Shown here piece after piece: positions 28,467 through 37,222 of a stretch of DNA of 64,000 nucleotides (position 1 is its first letter; each line of letters begins with the position of its first letter). Source of the stretch: Verrucomicrobiia bacterium (GTDB lineage Bacteria; Verrucomicrobiota; Verrucomicrobiia; Limisphaerales; UBA1319); contig OY760937.1 in NCBI GenBank assembly GCA_963664225.1, positions 256,001 through 320,000 of the forward strand, in the 5' to 3' direction. A program made the translations under genes and the position numbers. Below the pieces are notes generated by a model that saw nothing but the letters and a program-made list of their open reading frames with translations, searched no databases and was not told where the DNA came from.

Positions 28467-29966
28467 ATGCCCATGAGAAAACTCATCCATCGTATCGGCG
28501 CGTTTGCAGTCCTGGCGGCTGGAACCGTTTTTCTGGCACCGGCTGTTAGCGCGCAAACCAAATATGAACCGACCTGGGAATCGCTCGACAAGCGGCCCAC
28601 GCCCGAATGGTATCTGGATGCCAAGTTCGGCATCTTTATTCATTGGGGCGTTTATTCCGTGCCGGCTTACGGAGAATCCAAGGAGTATTCCGAGTGGTAT
28701 TGGAACCGCATGGCGGACAAAAAGGCGGGCAACCCGTGGTGGGAGTTTCATAAACGGGTTTACGGAGAGAACTTCGAATACAAGGATTTCGCTCCGATGT
28801 TCAAGGCGGAGTTGTATAACCCGCGTCAATGGGCCGATCTGTTCGAGCGTTCCGGCGCTAAATACATTGTGCCCACCTCGAAGCACCATGATGGATTTTG
28901 CATGTGGCCCAGCACCAACGCGAATCTGGCGTGGGATCGCAAGTGGAACAGCGTCGATGCCGGACCCAAGCGGGATCTGCTGGGGGAATTGACCGCTGAA
29001 GTGCGCAAGAAACCGGGCATGCACATGGGCTTCTATTACTCGCTTTATGAGTGGTTCAATCCGATGTGGCTGACGAACAAGGCGGCTTATGTGACCCAGC
29101 ACATGCATCCGCAGTTCAAGGACGTGGTGACGCGCTATTCGCCGGACATCATTTTCAGCGACGGCGAATGGGACATTACCTCGGCGGAGTGGAAAAGCCC
29201 GGAATTGCTGGCCTGGCTTTTCAACGAGTCGCCCTGCAAGGACAAGGTGGTGATCGATGATCGCTGGGGCAAGGAAACCCGTCACCATCACGGCACCTAC
29301 TACACCACGGAATATGGCGCGGGCATGAAAGACGCCTCGCATCCGTGGGAGGAAAGCCGCGGCATGGCCTATTCCTATGGCTACAATCGCGCTGAACGCA
29401 TCGATGAATACAAATCCCCCCGCGAGTTTGTTTTGACACTGGTGGACCTGGTCAGCCGCGGTGGAAACTTGCTGCTCGATATCGGGCCGTGCGCGGATGG
29501 CACGATTCCGCCGGTCATGGAGGAACGGCTGCTGCAGATCGGGGACTGGCTCAAGGTGAATGGCGAGGCCATCTACGGCACGCGCCATGCCGGCAGGGAT
29601 TGCCAATGGTCGGAAGGCAAGCGTCCGGGTCAGGAATTCGGCGAATACCGCGTGGAATACAATTTGATGAAACAGATCGGTCCGAAGGCCAAGGATGGTC
29701 AGGCGGTCAAACAGATGTTTTTCACGCGCAAGGGTAAGACCCTCTACGCCACCGTGCCTTACTGGCCTGAAGGCAAACTGGTGATCCGCAACATCAAGAC
29801 ATCGGATCAGACCGAGGTGTCCATGCTCGGTGTTCCGGGGAAACTGGAGGTCGCCGCCAACGACAAAAGCATCACGATCACGGTACCGGAGCTGACGGTG
29901 GACACCGTGCCGTGCCAGCATGCGTGGTCGTTCAAGATCACGGATGCGGAGTTACTGCCTGAATAA
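28467..29966 (+). CDS. Alpha-L-fucosidase (GH29)
   Basis: 'YEPTWESL..RPTPEW..DAKFGIFIHWG.YSVPA', 'TSKHHDGF', 'FSDGEW' and 'GGNLLL.IGP'; signal peptide. Confidence 0.95.
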   Translation: MPMRKLIHRIGAFAVLAAGTVFLAPAVSAQTKYEPTWESLDKRPTPEWYLDAKFGIFIHWGVYSVPAYGESKEYSEWYWNRMADKKAGNPWWEFHKRVYGENFEYKDFAPMFKAELYNPRQWADLFERSGAKYIVPTSKHHDGFCMWPSTNANLAWDRKWNSVDAGPKRDLLGELTAEVRKKPGMHMGFYYSLYEWFNPMWLTNKAAYVTQHMHPQFKDVVTRYSPDIIFSDGEWDITSAEWKSPELLAWLFNESPCKDKVVIDDRWGKETRHHHGTYYTTEYGAGMKDASHPWEESRGMAYSYGYNRAERIDEYKSPREFVLTLVDLVSRGGNLLLDIGPCADGTIPPVMEERLLQIGDWLKVNGEAIYGTRHAGRDCQWSEGKRPGQEFGEYRVEYNLMKQIGPKAKDGQAVKQMFFTRKGKTLYATVPYWPEGKLVIRNIKTSDQTEVSMLGVPGKLEVAANDKSITITVPELTVDTVPCQHAWSFKITDAELLPE

Positions 29967-29982
29967 GATAGGTTATGTGGAG

Positions 29983-30013
29983 GCCTGTTGAGACGGAAGA
30001 TGTCTCAACAGGC
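29983..30013. repeat. Perfect 12-bp inverted repeat (hairpin) downstream of the fucosidase
   Basis: GCCTGTTGAGAC-7 nt-GTCTCAACAGGC. No U-tract, so a terminator role is uncertain. Confidence 0.6.
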
Positions 30014-30021
30014 TCCTGGAT

Positions 30022-30086
30022 GGGGTTGGGAAGGGGTTGGGAAGGAGAATGGTTGAATCCGCAGATGGGGCAGATAAACGCAGAAT
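30022..30086 (+). repeat. Short tandem repeats (GGGGTTGGGAA x2; GCAGA x3)
   Basis: Read directly; the GCAGAT...GCAGATAAACGCAGA array resembles 12951-12980. Confidence 0.6.
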
Positions 30087-30110
30087 AAATCAAAACACTC
30101 AATTAGACAT

Positions 30111-32414
30111 ATGAGACGGCGCATTTTTTGTGGATTGGGAGTTTTCATGTTTCTGGGTTGTCTGGCTGGGATTGCGGTGGAAGATATTCAATTGGGCGGC
30201 AGGCTGTCGCAAGGGGGGGGCAATGTGGTGCTTTGGTGGACCCTTTCCAGTGCTGCGAAGGTGCGACCGGACACCAAACCGGCGGAGCAAGAGACTGCAG
30301 CTGTGCAGATGCGTTGCGCACGCAATGAATACGAATCGGTGCAGGTGGTGGTTCGGCCGGAGCAGGCGCTGCATCATCTGACCATTCAGGCTGGGTCTTT
30401 TGCGGGACCAGGTCAGCAGATGATTTCCTCCAATGAAGTGGAGGTTCTCCAGGCGACTTATCTCAACGTTACAACTCCCACAGATGGCAGCACCAAGACT
30501 GGATTGTGGCCGGACCCGCTGGTTGCCATGCGCGATGCCGTTGATTTGCCGGCGGGGACCAATCAGGCCTTTTGGGTGCGCGTGCATGTCGTGGTGGGAA
30601 TTGCGCCGGGAATTCACAAAGGCACATTGCGGATGCGGGCGGACGGTTGGGAGGCGGACGTGCCACTGGAACTGACCGTTTATAAATTCGCGCTGCCGGA
30701 TCAGATGATCTGCCAGACCGCATTCGGTTTTTCGCCCGGTGAAGTCTTTCGTTATCAGCATCTGGAGACCGAAGAAGCCAAACGCCAGGTGTTGGAGAAG
30801 TATTGGGCCAACCTGTCCGCGCACCACATTTCGCCCTACGATCCCGCGCCTCTGGATGCCTTTTCCGTGACCTGGCCCAAGGTTCAACCGCCCAAGAGCC
30901 AATGGGATCAGTGGAGCAATTTGCGGCTGGTCCCAAACGAATACCATTCCGGCAAGAGTGCCTTGCTGGTTTACGACGATAAGGCTGACAAAGTCGTGGA
31001 GGTGAGCTATTTCCCCTTGATTCCCATTCCGGCGAAGGGATTGCACCTGAGGGGATGGTATCGCACGGCGATTCCCGGACACCGGTTCACGGTTTCCCTG
31101 AACCATTACGATGTCGATCGAAAGTGGATATCCGGACACAACAGAGACCTTGTGATGGCGGGCAACGGGCAATGGCAAAGCGCGGACTTCAAGCTGACCG
31201 AGTTTCCCGAAGGGGCCAAATACGTGGGCTTGCATCTGATGGGCACGGTTTGGACGGAGGAGGGGGAGAACCTGGGGTTGGTGTGGTTTGACAATATTTC
31301 CATTCAGAATCTGGAAACCGGAGAGGAACTGATTCAGGGCGGAGATTTTGAGCCAACGCAGAGAACGGAATTGGTCGCGGCGGCGGAACAGTTGCATCCG
31401 ACCCTTGATTTTGGGGCCTGGGACAAGGCGATGACACGGGCCTTTGACCAATACCACTTCAACTCGTTTTCCGTGCCGATGGTCGGAATGGGCGGGGGGA
31501 CGTTTCACGAATTGTTGCAACCAAGCCTGTTGGGATTTGGTGAGGACGCGCCCGAATATCCCTTACTGCTGGGTTCCTACTGCCGCCAGGTGCAGGACCA
31601 TCTGCGCGCCAAGGGATGGCTGGATAAGGCGTTTATTTACTGGTTCGATGAACCGAGCGAGGATCAATATCCCTACCTGCAAAACGGATTCAACAAGCTC
31701 AAACAATATTGCCCGGACATCACGCGGATGATCACCAAACTGGTGGAGCCGGGATTGATCGGCGGCCCGAATCTCTGGTGTCCGATCTCAGACCAATATA
31801 ACCACAAGAGCGCAGAGGAGCGTCGCAAGCTCGGGGAGCGGTTTTGGTGGTATGTGTGCACGGGACCGAAGGCGCCGTATGCCGGGCTCTTCCTGGATCA
31901 TCCCGCGCCTGAAATGCGCATCTGGCTCTGGCAGACCTTTCAGCGCAATATCAATGGAATTCTGGTCTGGCAATGCAATTATTGGAGTAGCGATACGGCC
32001 TATCCCGAGGCCGGGAAAATGCAAAATCCCCTGGTGGACCCGATGAGCTGGATGACGGGATACGGAACACCTGCCGGGAAGAAGTCTCCGTGGGGCAATG
32101 GGGATGGACGCTTTATTTATCCTCCTTTGGCGGCGGCTTCCGGCAACCCTGCCAGCCCCGTGATGGAGGAGCCGGTCGATTCGATTCGTTGGGAACAACT
32201 GCGCGATGGCATTGAAGACTATGAGTATCTGACGATCCTTCGGAACAAATTGAATCAGCGCCGCGCGACCTTGAGCGCTGAAAAGGCGCAGGAATATGAA
32301 AAGCTGCTCGAGGTTCCGGAAAACATCACGAAGAGCATGACCGAGTTCACCCCTGATGGTGGGCCGATTGAAATGCGCCGCGACCAGATTGCCCGGGCGA
32401 TTGAGACGATGTAG
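30111..32414 (+). CDS. GH123-like/DUF4091 glycoside hydrolase with an inserted carbohydrate-binding module
   Basis: 'ARNEYESVQV', 'WPDPL', 'YWFDEP', 'WWYVC', 'NGDG..IYP' and 'SIRWEQLRDGIEDYEYL'. Confidence 0.75.
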   Translation: MRRRIFCGLGVFMFLGCLAGIAVEDIQLGGRLSQGGGNVVLWWTLSSAAKVRPDTKPAEQETAAVQMRCARNEYESVQVVVRPEQALHHLTIQAGSFAGPGQQMISSNEVEVLQATYLNVTTPTDGSTKTGLWPDPLVAMRDAVDLPAGTNQAFWVRVHVVVGIAPGIHKGTLRMRADGWEADVPLELTVYKFALPDQMICQTAFGFSPGEVFRYQHLETEEAKRQVLEKYWANLSAHHISPYDPAPLDAFSVTWPKVQPPKSQWDQWSNLRLVPNEYHSGKSALLVYDDKADKVVEVSYFPLIPIPAKGLHLRGWYRTAIPGHRFTVSLNHYDVDRKWISGHNRDLVMAGNGQWQSADFKLTEFPEGAKYVGLHLMGTVWTEEGENLGLVWFDNISIQNLETGEELIQGGDFEPTQRTELVAAAEQLHPTLDFGAWDKAMTRAFDQYHFNSFSVPMVGMGGGTFHELLQPSLLGFGEDAPEYPLLLGSYCRQVQDHLRAKGWLDKAFIYWFDEPSEDQYPYLQNGFNKLKQYCPDITRMITKLVEPGLIGGPNLWCPISDQYNHKSAEERRKLGERFWWYVCTGPKAPYAGLFLDHPAPEMRIWLWQTFQRNINGILVWQCNYWSSDTAYPEAGKMQNPLVDPMSWMTGYGTPAGKKSPWGNGDGRFIYPPLAAASGNPASPVMEEPVDSIRWEQLRDGIEDYEYLTILRNKLNQRRATLSAEKAQEYEKLLEVPENITKSMTEFTPDGGPIEMRRDQIARAIETM

Positions 32415-32435
32415 GAATTCCAGTTCGATCGAATT

Positions 32436-33713
32436 ATGAAGAAATCAGTATTTATCAACCCAAAGCGCATTATTGCTTTACTTGGTGTTGCGGTCCTGTC
32501 AGCCACGGTGCTGGCCCAGGAAACCATTTTACAACCACAGGCCAAGCCGGGACAAGCCGCGGTTGGGAGCAATGCCTTCGACTGGCCAAACTGGCGGGGA
32601 CCGACCCATGACGGCGTTTCACACGAAACCAAGCTGAATTGGAAGTGGTCGTCAGAGGGACCAAAGAAATTGTGGCAAACGACGGTGGGGAAGGGGATGT
32701 CCTCCTTCGCCGTGGCGCAGGGCAGGGCTTATGCCATGGGCAATCGGGAGGACGTGGATACGGTCTATTGTTTCGACGCTGAGACGGGGAAAGAGATTTG
32801 GAAACATCCCTATCCATGCCCGCTGAACCCGCTGGCATACGAGGGTGGTCCCAGTTCGACTCCCGCTGTGGAGGACGGCCGGGTTTATACATTGAGCAAG
32901 GCTGGAGATTGTTTTTGTCTGGATGCCGCGACTGGAAAAGTGATCTGGTCCAAAAAGTTCGATGCGCCCCCAACCACCAAGGAGGATTACAAAGTATGGT
33001 GGGGGTTTGCGGGTTCACCGTTGATCGAAGGCACTCAACTGATCCTGTCCGTCGGAACCGCGGGTGTGGCCCTCAACAAGATGACCGGCGATGTCCTTTG
33101 GGATAATGGACCTGGTCGTGCGGGTTATTCGTCGCCGGTGCCTTTTGTTATGGGCGCGGAACGGTTATTTGCAAAACTGAGCGGGCATGAAATCGTGGTC
33201 GCGAAAATGAGCGACGGCAAAGTATTATCGCGGACCTTGTGGCGGACCACGTGGGATCAAAATGCGCCGGATGTTCTTGTCTCAGGAGGGAAGATGCTGG
33301 TTGCCACAGGACATGGAGTGGGCGCTGCGCTGTTCAATGTCACCACAAACGCTCTGGTTCCGCTTTGGAATGTTAAGAGCCTGCGCACCGAACTTTCGAC
33401 GCCGGTGCTCTGGAAAAATCATGTTTATGGATTCGATAAGAATCAATTGGTCTGCCTGGACTGGGAAAGTGGCGCCGTAAAGTGGGCGGCGGAAGAGACC
33501 CGGCAGGGTTCATTGATAGTGGCGGATCAAAAACTCATCGTGATGCAGGAGGACGGAACATTGCTTATTGCCGAGGCCACCCCGGAGGCGTTCAAGCCCG
33601 TGGCCAAGGCACAGGTTCTGGACGGTAGGTGCTGGTCTGTCCCTGTTCTTTCCAATGGAAAAATGTTCTTGCGCAACGCTGCGGGAATCGTGGTCTGTCT
33701 GGACTTGCGGTAA
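32436..33713 (+). CDS. PQQ-like beta-propeller repeat protein (secreted)
   Basis: 'DWPNWRGPTHDG', repeated 'C.DA.TGK.IW' blades, 'YSSP' and 'WSVPVLSNG...RN'. Confidence 0.85.
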   Translation: MKKSVFINPKRIIALLGVAVLSATVLAQETILQPQAKPGQAAVGSNAFDWPNWRGPTHDGVSHETKLNWKWSSEGPKKLWQTTVGKGMSSFAVAQGRAYAMGNREDVDTVYCFDAETGKEIWKHPYPCPLNPLAYEGGPSSTPAVEDGRVYTLSKAGDCFCLDAATGKVIWSKKFDAPPTTKEDYKVWWGFAGSPLIEGTQLILSVGTAGVALNKMTGDVLWDNGPGRAGYSSPVPFVMGAERLFAKLSGHEIVVAKMSDGKVLSRTLWRTTWDQNAPDVLVSGGKMLVATGHGVGAALFNVTTNALVPLWNVKSLRTELSTPVLWKNHVYGFDKNQLVCLDWESGAVKWAAEETRQGSLIVADQKLIVMQEDGTLLIAEATPEAFKPVAKAQVLDGRCWSVPVLSNGKMFLRNAAGIVVCLDLR

Positions 33714-33850
33714 GACGGCAATGAACACAGTGGGGTGTTTGCCTGGCATGCAGATGGATGCGGAGTAGATGTGAAAATGTATTGTTTGGTCGGGGCGTTT
33801 TTTCAAGTGCTCACTGGATGTTTCTTATCGTCACGCCAGCTTTTTAAGCC

Positions 33851-36800
33851 ATGAATTACACTATGAAAACCTGGGGATGCCTCTTTGCCGGGTTGCTGGC
33901 AGGCCTTGTCTTTTTGGGCAAGCCCGTTTCCGCGGCGAATGTCCTATCGGCAAACGATATCACAACAAACCGGCAACCCGCTAAATTTGCCGCGTTCCAA
34001 TTCGGCACACCAACCTCGGCTCATCGTCCTGGATTTACCAAGGTCACGATCAAAGACGCGTTCACGACTGAAAAGGGCTATGGTTTCCAGTCAACGGAGG
34101 GATTGCTGGAGTATGATCGCGGCGGCTCCGAAATTGTCCGTCCCAACGATGAATACACCGCCAGCGTGTATGGCGCATACCGATTCACCTCGGATATCAC
34201 ATGCGCCCTGGTCGAAGGAACCAAAGGCAATGCCTTCATGGTGGCCATGCCCGATGGAGATTATACGGTGTGGTTAATTGCAGGCGACGCCGAATGGGAA
34301 CCGCCGTTGTTCGAGGTTTGGGCAAACGGCCAGAAGAAAGTCGGAGTGAACATCCCGCGCGCGCGTTTTATTTTCATGGAGCCGTTTCAAGCGCGCGCGA
34401 CCAACGGACTATTGCAGATCGATTTGAAAGGGGAGCATGGTTGGGTTCTCAATGGTTTGGTGGTGGGCAGGGAAGGCCCTGAACTTGCCGAAACCGTCGC
34501 AAAACTGCAGCGCGACATTTTCTTCCTAACCGGGCAGGAGCTGCCGAGTTGGAAGGAGCGCAAATCCGCCTCACCCAATCCGCCTCTGGAATGGACTTCC
34601 GCCGAACAACAACAGGGCTACGTCGTCTTCCCAGTCGATTACACCGAATTGATTCTCCCAAGCTTCACGCCAACCCGCGCCATGATCGGCCAGCCGTTAA
34701 CCGCGTTTGCCACACCCGGGGAAATCGAGCCTGCGACATTCTGTGTTTCTGCCGGCAAGAATTTGGGAGAAGTCCGCGTGGAATACTCCGGCTTCGTGGG
34801 GGAACAAGGCAATCAAACCATCGCACGCACCAACGTGAGCATCCGCACTGTCCGTTGCTGGCCTCAACGCTTGAGCGGCTGGGGAGGCAATGGCGATTAC
34901 AGCGTGGTGCCGGAGGTCCTCGATCCCGTGGGCGGTCGGGCTTCTCGTGTGCAAGAGGGCCAGGTCAAGCAATGGTGGCTCACGGTAAATGTGCCGCAGG
35001 ATACCCCTGCGGGACGTTATCGCATGACACTGACGGTTCAGCCCGAGAATGCACCACCGACGGTTCTGGAGTGGAAGCTGCTTATTCTGCCCTTCTCGCT
35101 CAGCCGTCCCGCTGACAGGCATTGGGGCACATGGCTCGATACCTTCCCGCCGGTCGGAGGTTTGTCTGGCCCGGAACGGCGTGGACGCAATCTGCCTTCG
35201 GAAAGGGACCGCCTGGCCCGCGCCGACATGGCAGACTATCGGGAGCACGGTTTCGATCTGGTTCTGTTGAATTATTACTTTGGCGCGCAGGAGAATCCGG
35301 ATGGCAGCTTCACCTATGACACCTCGCAGCTTGCGCGCGATCTGGAGTACTGCAAACTCCTTGGCACCCGCGCGCCAGTGGTGCTGACCATTGAATACGC
35401 CTGCCGGGATTTCGAATATCGCTTCGCGGAGCCGGGGCAAAAACATGTTCCTGGCACCTTCAGTCCCAAGGCGCACAAGGCCATTGTTGGCCTGGTAAAG
35501 CACATCCGGGACGACGCGCAACGCCACGACTGGCCCAAGCTATACTTTTTCCCAATAGATGAACCGGGCAACAATAAAACGGATAACCGGATGCTGTTCG
35601 CCCAAAACGTGTTGGATTTCGTCCATGAAGTCCCCGGCTGTCAGACGGCCACCACGCTGACCGCAGGTGAAGTACAGCGCCTGGGCGACCGTGTGGATGT
35701 CCGGATTTACGCCTACGGAAATTACAATCGCACCAAGGTTCTGGAAGAAACCCGGCACGGTCATCCATTCTGGTATTACGAAAATGGCATGTTTTACGCA
35801 CACAGCCCCACCGCCTCGCGCAACATGACGGGATTTGAGTTTCTGAGATCAGGCGCGGAAGTGGCCACAGCGTGGGGTTTCTCCGCCACCCAGGCCAATC
35901 CTGAAAATGACTTCGATGGCGGGCATAAGGACTGGAACGTGATCTTCCCTGGCGTGGACAGGCCAACGCCGACCATTTACTGGGAGCTATGTCGCGAAGG
36001 GGTGGATGATTACCGCTATGTGACAACGCTCCAGGAGAAAATTCGCCAGGCCAGAGAAAGCGGGCAGATTGAATCCGCACGACGCGCAGAAGCCGTCCTG
36101 GCGCCGATCATCGATCCCAAAGCAACTGCGGTCAGTCAACCACAGGCCTTTGCCCGATACCGTTGGCGCATTGCGCGTGAGATTCTGAATCTGATGGGTC
36201 ACCAAAAGCTGGCCCTCTCATTCCCCGCCGTGGTCAAAAACTCGGCGGCTCCTGAAAAAACAGGGCCAAACCTCATTGAAGACCCTTCTTTTGAGAAGGG
36301 TCCGCAAGACGACAGGTTTCCGAGTCCGAACTATCAGATCGCCGACCGTTATTCGAAACTGGAATCCAAACCAGTGGACGCATTGAGCGTGACAGACGAA
36401 TCAGCGCATACAGGACGGTATTCCTTGAAATGGGATTTCAGCAAGGCCGCAGGCAAAGGCTCCCTCTATGACCGGAATCGTTACCTCATTGTCAATGTCC
36501 AGGTGCCGGCTGAGGCGGCGATCAAGCTGAGAGGCAAGCGCGTAAAAGTGGGCTGCTGGTTCAGGATCGGCAGCGGTTCACTCGTGCCTGGCATGAACCT
36601 CCGTCAGTCCGGAAAGGGCGCCTACCTGGCCGGAATTGAATACAGGGGAGGTGTGGCGGATCCAGCCGTGTGGAACCTCTTCCTGTCCGAAGGCCGCCTG
36701 CGCACTGATTTCGAGAACCTCGATATTCACATCTCCTGCCGCATTCCCGAAGACGATGTTGAGTTAGCCCAGAAATCCCACTTCTACATCGACGACGTCT

Positions 36801-37117
36801 TTCTCCAGGCCATCGAGGAACCGGTGCTTGCTGTAGCGACACCACTCGATGAGTATTATTCGGGCGAAACCGTTCCGTGGAATGTCAAAGCGGCTTCCGC
36901 GGCCCCGGTGAAGGTGCAGCTTGTGTCCCCGGAACGAATCGCCGCCGAGTGGACGGGTGAAATCGCAAACGGATCGCTGAACGGCTCTTTCGAAACCCGC
37001 AAAATAAAAGCCGGAATTTATACTCTGCGAGGGGTCATCGATTCACCACAAGGATCGCAAACCGCGGAGCAGCAGATCATTCTCTCTCCGGATCCATTTG
37101 GGCAGTTGGAGCCTTGA
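33851..37117 (+). CDS. Large secreted GH123-like/DUF4091 glycoside hydrolase with beta-sandwich/CBM modules
   Basis: N-terminal 'FQFG...GF..V.....FT.EKGYG' beta module; catalytic-like 'PIDEP' and 'WELCREGVDDYRY'; CBM4_9-like 'NLIEDPSFE...HTGRYSLK...FYIDDVFL'. Confidence 0.65.
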   Translation: MNYTMKTWGCLFAGLLAGLVFLGKPVSAANVLSANDITTNRQPAKFAAFQFGTPTSAHRPGFTKVTIKDAFTTEKGYGFQSTEGLLEYDRGGSEIVRPNDEYTASVYGAYRFTSDITCALVEGTKGNAFMVAMPDGDYTVWLIAGDAEWEPPLFEVWANGQKKVGVNIPRARFIFMEPFQARATNGLLQIDLKGEHGWVLNGLVVGREGPELAETVAKLQRDIFFLTGQELPSWKERKSASPNPPLEWTSAEQQQGYVVFPVDYTELILPSFTPTRAMIGQPLTAFATPGEIEPATFCVSAGKNLGEVRVEYSGFVGEQGNQTIARTNVSIRTVRCWPQRLSGWGGNGDYSVVPEVLDPVGGRASRVQEGQVKQWWLTVNVPQDTPAGRYRMTLTVQPENAPPTVLEWKLLILPFSLSRPADRHWGTWLDTFPPVGGLSGPERRGRNLPSERDRLARADMADYREHGFDLVLLNYYFGAQENPDGSFTYDTSQLARDLEYCKLLGTRAPVVLTIEYACRDFEYRFAEPGQKHVPGTFSPKAHKAIVGLVKHIRDDAQRHDWPKLYFFPIDEPGNNKTDNRMLFAQNVLDFVHEVPGCQTATTLTAGEVQRLGDRVDVRIYAYGNYNRTKVLEETRHGHPFWYYENGMFYAHSPTASRNMTGFEFLRSGAEVATAWGFSATQANPENDFDGGHKDWNVIFPGVDRPTPTIYWELCREGVDDYRYVTTLQEKIRQARESGQIESARRAEAVLAPIIDPKATAVSQPQAFARYRWRIAREILNLMGHQKLALSFPAVVKNSAAPEKTGPNLIEDPSFEKGPQDDRFPSPNYQIADRYSKLESKPVDALSVTDESAHTGRYSLKWDFSKAAGKGSLYDRNRYLIVNVQVPAEAAIKLRGKRVKVGCWFRIGSGSLVPGMNLRQSGKGAYLAGIEYRGGVADPAVWNLFLSEGRLRTDFENLDIHISCRIPEDDVELAQKSHFYIDDVFLQAIEEPVLAVATPLDEYYSGETVPWNVKAASAAPVKVQLVSPERIAAEWTGEIANGSLNGSFETRKIKAGIYTLRGVIDSPQGSQTAEQQIILSPDPFGQLEP

Positions 37118-37174
37118 ATGCAATGTTTTTTCAAGCTGGTCAAAAGGACCAGCTCAACCTATTGGGATTCCACA

Positions 37175-37220
37175 GTTACCAACATTATTATCTGGTTACA
37201 AAGTTTATTATCCGAGTACA
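37175..37220 (-). mobile_element. Orphan Tn7-right-end-like sequence (remnant of an earlier element)
   Basis: Minus strand reads TGTACTCGGATAATAAACTTTGTAACCAGATAATAATGTTGGTAAC: a TGT terminus and two 20-bp-period repeats, resembling the Tn7R pattern TGT-N5-GACAATAAAGTCTTAAAC. Confidence 0.6.
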
Positions 37221-37222
37221 AA

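Noticed and set aside
37134..37154. Hairpin AGCTGGTC-5-GACCAGCT as an intrinsic terminator
   Set aside because: The T-run precedes rather than follows the stem, so it does not fit a terminator on either strand.
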